Assembly: GCA_964016885.1 (NCBI GenBank)
Contig: OZ024745.1
Coordinates: 37,138,001 to 37,202,000, forward strand
Source: Eledone cirrhosa
Taxonomy: Eukaryota
DNA length: 64,000 nucleotides
Reading direction: 5' to 3'
Within the stretch, counting starts at the first letter, position 1. Each line of letters starts with the position of its first letter. A model generated the notes under the pieces. It saw only the letters and a program-made list of their open reading frames with translations, searched no databases and was not told the origin of the DNA. Positions 59,301 through 64,000 of this stretch are shown one piece after another. The translations under genes and the position numbers were made by a program.

Positions 59301-62056
59301 AAGTTTGAAGAGTTGGAGGGGGAGACGGAGGGTTGGAAGAGTTGGAGGGGGAGACGGAGGGTTGGAAGAGTTGGAGGGGGAGACGGAGAGTTGGAAGAGT
59401 TGGAGGGGGAGACGGAGGGTTGGAAGAGTTGGAGGGGGAGACGGAGGGTTGGAAGAGTTGGAGGGGGAGACGGAGGGTTGGAAAAGTTTGAAGAGTTGGA
59501 GGGGGAGACGGAGGGTTGGAAGAGTTGGAGGGGGAGACGGAGGGTTGGAAGAGTTGGAGGGGGAGACGGAGGGTTGGAAGAGTTGGAGGGGGAGACGGAG
59601 AGTTGGAAGAGTTGGAGGGGGAGACGGAGGGTTGGAAGAGTCGGAGGGGGAGACGGAGAGTTGGAAGAGTTGGAGGGGGAGACGGAGGGTTGGAAGAGTC
59701 GGAGGGGGAGACGGAGAGTTGGAAGAGTCGGAGGGGGAGACGGAGAGTTGGAAGAGTCGGAGGGGGAGACGGAGAGTTGGAAGAGTTGGAGGGGGAGACG
59801 GAGGGTTGGAAGAGTCGGAGGGGGAGACGGAGAGTTGGAAGAGTTGGAGGGGGAGACGGAGAGTTGGAAGAGTCGGAGGGGGAGACGGAGAGTTGGAAGA
59901 GTTGGAGGGGGAGACGGAGGGTTGGAAGAGTCGGAGGGGGAGACGGAGAGTTGGAAGAGTTGGAGGGGGAGACGGAGGGTTGGAAAAGTTTGAAGAGTTG
60001 GAGGGGGAGACGGAGGGTTGGAAGAGTTGGAGGGGGAGACGGAGAGTTGGAAGAGTCGGAGGGGGAGACGGAGATTTGGAAGAGTCGGAGGGGGAGACGG
60101 AGGGTTGGAAAAGTTTGAAGAGTTGGAGGGGGAGACGGAGAGTTGGAAGAGTTGGAGGGGGAGACGGAGAGTTGGAAGAGTTGGAGGGGGAGACGGAGGG
60201 TTGGAAGAGTTGGAGGGGAGACGGAGAGTTGGAAGAGTTGGAGGGGGAGACGGAGGGTTGGAAGAGTTGGAGGGGGAGACGGAGGGTTGGAAGAGTTGGA
60301 GGGGGAGACGGAGGGTTGGAAGAGTTGGAGGGGGAGACGGAGAGTTAGAAGAGTTGGAGGGGGAGACGGAGGGTTGGAAGAGTTGGAGGGGGAGGGTTGG
60401 AAAAGTTGGAAGAGTTGGAGGGGGAGACGGAGGGTTGGAAGAGTTGGAGGGGGAGACGGAGGGTTGGAAGAGTCGGAAGGGGAGACGGAGGGTTGGAAGA
60501 GTTGGAGGGGAGACGGAGAGTTGGAAGAGTTGGAGGGGGAGACGGAGGGTTGGAAGAGTTGGAGGGGGAGACGGAGAGTTAGAAGAGTTGGAGGGGGAGA
60601 CGGAGGGTTGGAAGAGTTGGAGGGGGAGGGTTGGAAAAGTTGGAAGAGTTGGAGGGGGAGACGGAGGGTTGGAAGAGTTGGAGGGGGAGACGGAGGGTTG
60701 GAAGAGTCGGAAGGGGAGACGGAGGGTTGGAAGAGTTGGAGGGAGAGACGGAGGGTTGGAAGAGTTGGAGGGGGAGGGGGAGGGTTGGAAGAGTTGGAGG
60801 GGGTGACGGAGGGTTGGAAGAGTTGGAGGGGGAGGGGGAGGGTTGGAAAAGTTGGAGGGGGAGGGGGAGGGTTGGAAGAGTCGGAAGGGGAGACGGAGGG
60901 TTGGAAGAGTTGGAGGAAGAGACGGAGGGTTGGAAGAGTTGGAGGGGGAGGGGGAGGGTTGGAAGAGTTGGAGGGGGAGGGGGAGGGTTGGAAAAGTTGG
61001 AAGAGTTGGAGGGGGAGACGGAGAGTTGGAAGAGTCGGAAGGGGAGACGGAGAGTTAGAAGAGTTGGAGGGGGAGACGGAGGGTTGGAAGAGTTGGAGGG
61101 GGAGACGGAGAGTTGGAAGAGTTGGAGGGGGAGACGGAGGGTTGGAAGAGTTGGAGGGGGAGACGGAGGGTTGGAAAAGTTTGAAGAGTTGGAGGGGGAG
61201 ACGGAGGGTTGGAAGAGTCGGAGGGGGAGACGGAGAGTTAGAAGAGTTGGAGGGGGAGACGGAGGGTTGGAAGAGTTGGAGGGGGAGACGGAGGGTTGGA
61301 AGAGTTGGAGGGGGAGGGGGAGGGTTGGAAAAGTTGGAGGGGAGACGGAGAGTTAGAAGAGTTGGAGGGGGAGACGGAGGGTTGGAAGAGTTGGAGGGGG
61401 AGACGGAGGGTTGGAAGAGTTGGAGGGGGAGGGGGAGGGTTGGAAAAGTTGGAGGGGGAGACGGAGGGTTGGAAGAGTTGGAGGGGGAGACGGAGGGTTG
61501 GAAGAGTTGGAGGGGGAGACGGAGGGTTGGAAGAGTTGGAGGGGGAGACGGAGAGTTAGAAGAGTTGGAGGGGGAGACGGAGGGTTGGAAGAGTTGGAGG
61601 GGGAGACGGAGGGTTGGAAGAGTTGGAGGGGGAGGGGGAGGGTTGGAAAAGTTGGAAGAGTTGGAGGGGGAGACGGAGGGTTGGAAGAGTCGGAAGGGGA
61701 GACGGAGGGTTGGAAGAGTTGGAGGGGGAGACGGAGGGTTGGAAGAGTTGGAGGGGAGACGGAGGGTTGGAAGAGTTGGAGGGGGAGGGGGAGGGTTGGA
61801 AAAGTTGGAAGAGTTGGAGGGGGAGACGGAGGGTTGGAAGAGTTGGAGGGGGAGACGGAGAGTTGGAAGAGTTGGAGGGGGAGACGGAGAGTTGGAAGAG
61901 TTGGAGGGGGAGACGGAGAGTTAGAAGAGTTGGAGGGGGAGACGGAGAGTTGGAAGAGTTGGAGGGGGAGACGGAGAGTTGGAAGAGTTGGAGGGGGAGA
62001 CGGAGGGTTGGAAGAGTTGGAGGGGGAGACGGAGAGTTGGAAGAGTTGGAGGGAGA
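56394..62056. repeat. 29-bp G/purine-rich minisatellite (GAGACGGAGAGTTGGAAGAGTTGGAGGGG)n, roughly 195 copies
   Basis: Period measured 56421 to 56450; recurrent variants (GAGAG/GAGGG, GTTGG/GTCGG, +9-nt AAAGTTTGA). Confidence 0.97.
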
Positions 62057-62482
62057 GGGGGGAGAGATGGGAAGCCACTTACAAGAATACATGTAGATGA
62101 ATATTCTTGATGTTACATTAAAAGAAACCTAACATTTTAACATAATCCATGTGTGTAAAAGTATGTATGTTCAACGACGACTGCGTAATACTGATATATT
62201 GATGCTTAGCACTAAATATATACGTGGGTGTACAAGTATAGTTGAATGTACACACACACATATATAAATACAGTTAAAGATAGATATAGGCAACAATATG
62301 TTGTGTATATGTTTTATAAGTAGATGATAAAATCGAATAAAACATGAAGAACGTTCACCTCCAATATTTATACATCAATATATACATCACGTGGTTAGAA
62401 GACGGCAGTGGAATTTGTCTAATTTGAGAATTGAATTGAATTCGTAACTTTTGCAATGTTTTTGCTACAGAAAATATTTCTA

Positions 62483-62840
62483 ATAATGATTTCTAGTATA
62501 GGCACGAGGCCAGTAATTGGGGTGGGTGGGGGGGGGGGGGGGGTCGATTAAATCGACCTCAATGCGTGACTGGTACTTTATTTTATCGACGCCGTAAGAA
62601 TGAAAGGCAAAGTTAACCTCGGCGGGATTTGAACTCAGATCATAAAGGGCCGTAACTCTATGCTGCAAAGCATGTTGTCCGACTCTCCACCGATTCTACC
62701 AATCCACCGCCCTAAAATAGTCTAATAATTGTTTCTACATTTGGTACAAGGCCAGCAATTACCCAGTACATTACTGGTATTTTAATGTATCGACCCCGTA
62801 AGGATGAAAGGCAAAGTTAACCTCGGCGGGATTTGAACTA
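62483..62840 (-). mobile_element. Two SINE copies (full ~62483-62711; partial ~62726-62840)
   Basis: B box and head/tail homology to 18928-19117. Confidence 0.85.
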
Positions 62841-63259
62841 AAAAATAGTCTAATAAGAACAGAAAAAAAAATGGGCATCAGCAAGTGTGGAAATCGAATC
62901 CACGCCTTATATATACAAACATATATGTATGTATGATCCATTCTATTTCTTCCTTCCTATCTATCCTTCGAGCCAACTCACTTCGAGCCACTTATTTCTG
63001 TCATTCGAGGTAGTGATTTAACCAACGCCGTTTCGATTTTTGCTGTTTTAACATCTTCCTTACACCGAGTTTTTCTATATTCCCTACGAATTCCAATACA
63101 CACGCGTTTCAAAACTCGATACTCGAGTTCATTTTCTTTATATATATTTTTATGTATATGTGAGGGGGTTGTATGTATTTATATACCATTTGTTAACTAG
63201 CAAAGCATTGGCAAATTTGAAATTTGATAATATAGTCGCAACAGAGCAGGTAGTTATAA

Positions 63260-63438
63260 TAATTGTTTCTACTTTTGGCACAAGGCCAGTGTATTACTGG
63301 TACTTTATTTTATCGACCCCGTAAGGATGAAAGACAAAGTTAACCTCGGCGGGATTTGAACTCAGAATGGCAAGGGCCGTAACTCTATGCGTCAAAGCAT
63401 GGCGTCCGACCCTCTACCGATACTGCCAACCCACCGCC
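63260..63438 (-). mobile_element. Full-length tRNA-derived SINE with candidate target duplication GGTAGTTATAAT
   Basis: Near-identical to 18928-19117; GGTAGTTATAATAAT occurs at ~63249 and ~63441. Confidence 0.88.
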
Positions 63439-63658
63439 CTGGTAGTTATAATAATAATTGAACATATCATCTCTAGGGATACTTTACAAGATTTATTCAA
63501 CTTTTATTTATTGTTGTCCTATATCATTTATAGTTTTCAACTATTATTTTGGTTATCTGTATTGTGGTGACTATAATATACGATGTACGGTTATATTTGT
63601 TATTGCATATACAACTTTCATCGAGTCTTCTCTAGATTTTGGTCTGTTCCTGTTTGTA

Positions 63659-63740
<82 letters not shown>

Positions 63741-64000
63741 GGAAGTACAGCATAATCGAAGCTCTGGCTGCAGCTAAGCTAACGAATGCAATTGGAATGT
63801 GCAGCAGCTAAGCACTCAATAAGGTATTTTACCTTAGAGTTATAACATTACGTTGTGACAGCTTTGCGAATTGAAGACAGCTACCGATAAGCCAGCCGCA
63901 GTGCAACGAAAAAAACTGACTCAGGAAAATATGGCAAACCTGGACCATCGCGTTGATATACAATATCTCCGCTAGGTTTTCTGTAAATCCGAAATCAACA

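Noticed and set aside
56394-62056. CRISPR-like 29-bp periodicity
   Set aside because: There are no unique spacers and no cas genes, and the context is eukaryotic.
56386-62100. ORFs up to 593 aa of GGDGELEELEGETESWKSWRGRRRVGRV repeats
   Set aside because: The 29-bp unit is not a multiple of 3, all frames give the same peptide cycle, and indels are frequent; this is a non-coding minisatellite.

Overview
Repeat-saturated, AT-rich eukaryotic DNA with no host protein-coding gene I can support. It is most likely a cephalopod (Octopus-like), judged from the tRNA-derived SINEs and the extreme (TA)n load; this is an inference. Nearly all ORFs in the track are microsatellite or minisatellite artefacts. 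Recognisable coding remnants are a 5'-truncated, frameshifted Neptune-like Penelope-like element (PLE; RT + GIY-YIG, ~32561-36570, minus), two other PLE endonuclease 3' ends, a mariner N-terminus and an RTE-like LINE RT scrap. The main signal is about 20 type I hammerhead ribozyme (HHR) motifs from roughly a dozen unrelated families, all read by eye, nearly all in short elements inserted into (TA)n tracts. These include a ~420-445 nt non-coding, tandem/circularly permuted HHR unit (retrozyme-like family C) and three 520-590 nt terminally redundant units, each with one HHR or HHR vestige. Several HHRs carry the compensatory U3-A8 core, and many insertions are head-to-head inverted pairs whose two 3' ends are both anchored in (TA)n. 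There is also a ~5.7 kb 29-bp minisatellite and a ~4.2 kb duplication across an N gap that is probably an assembly artefact.
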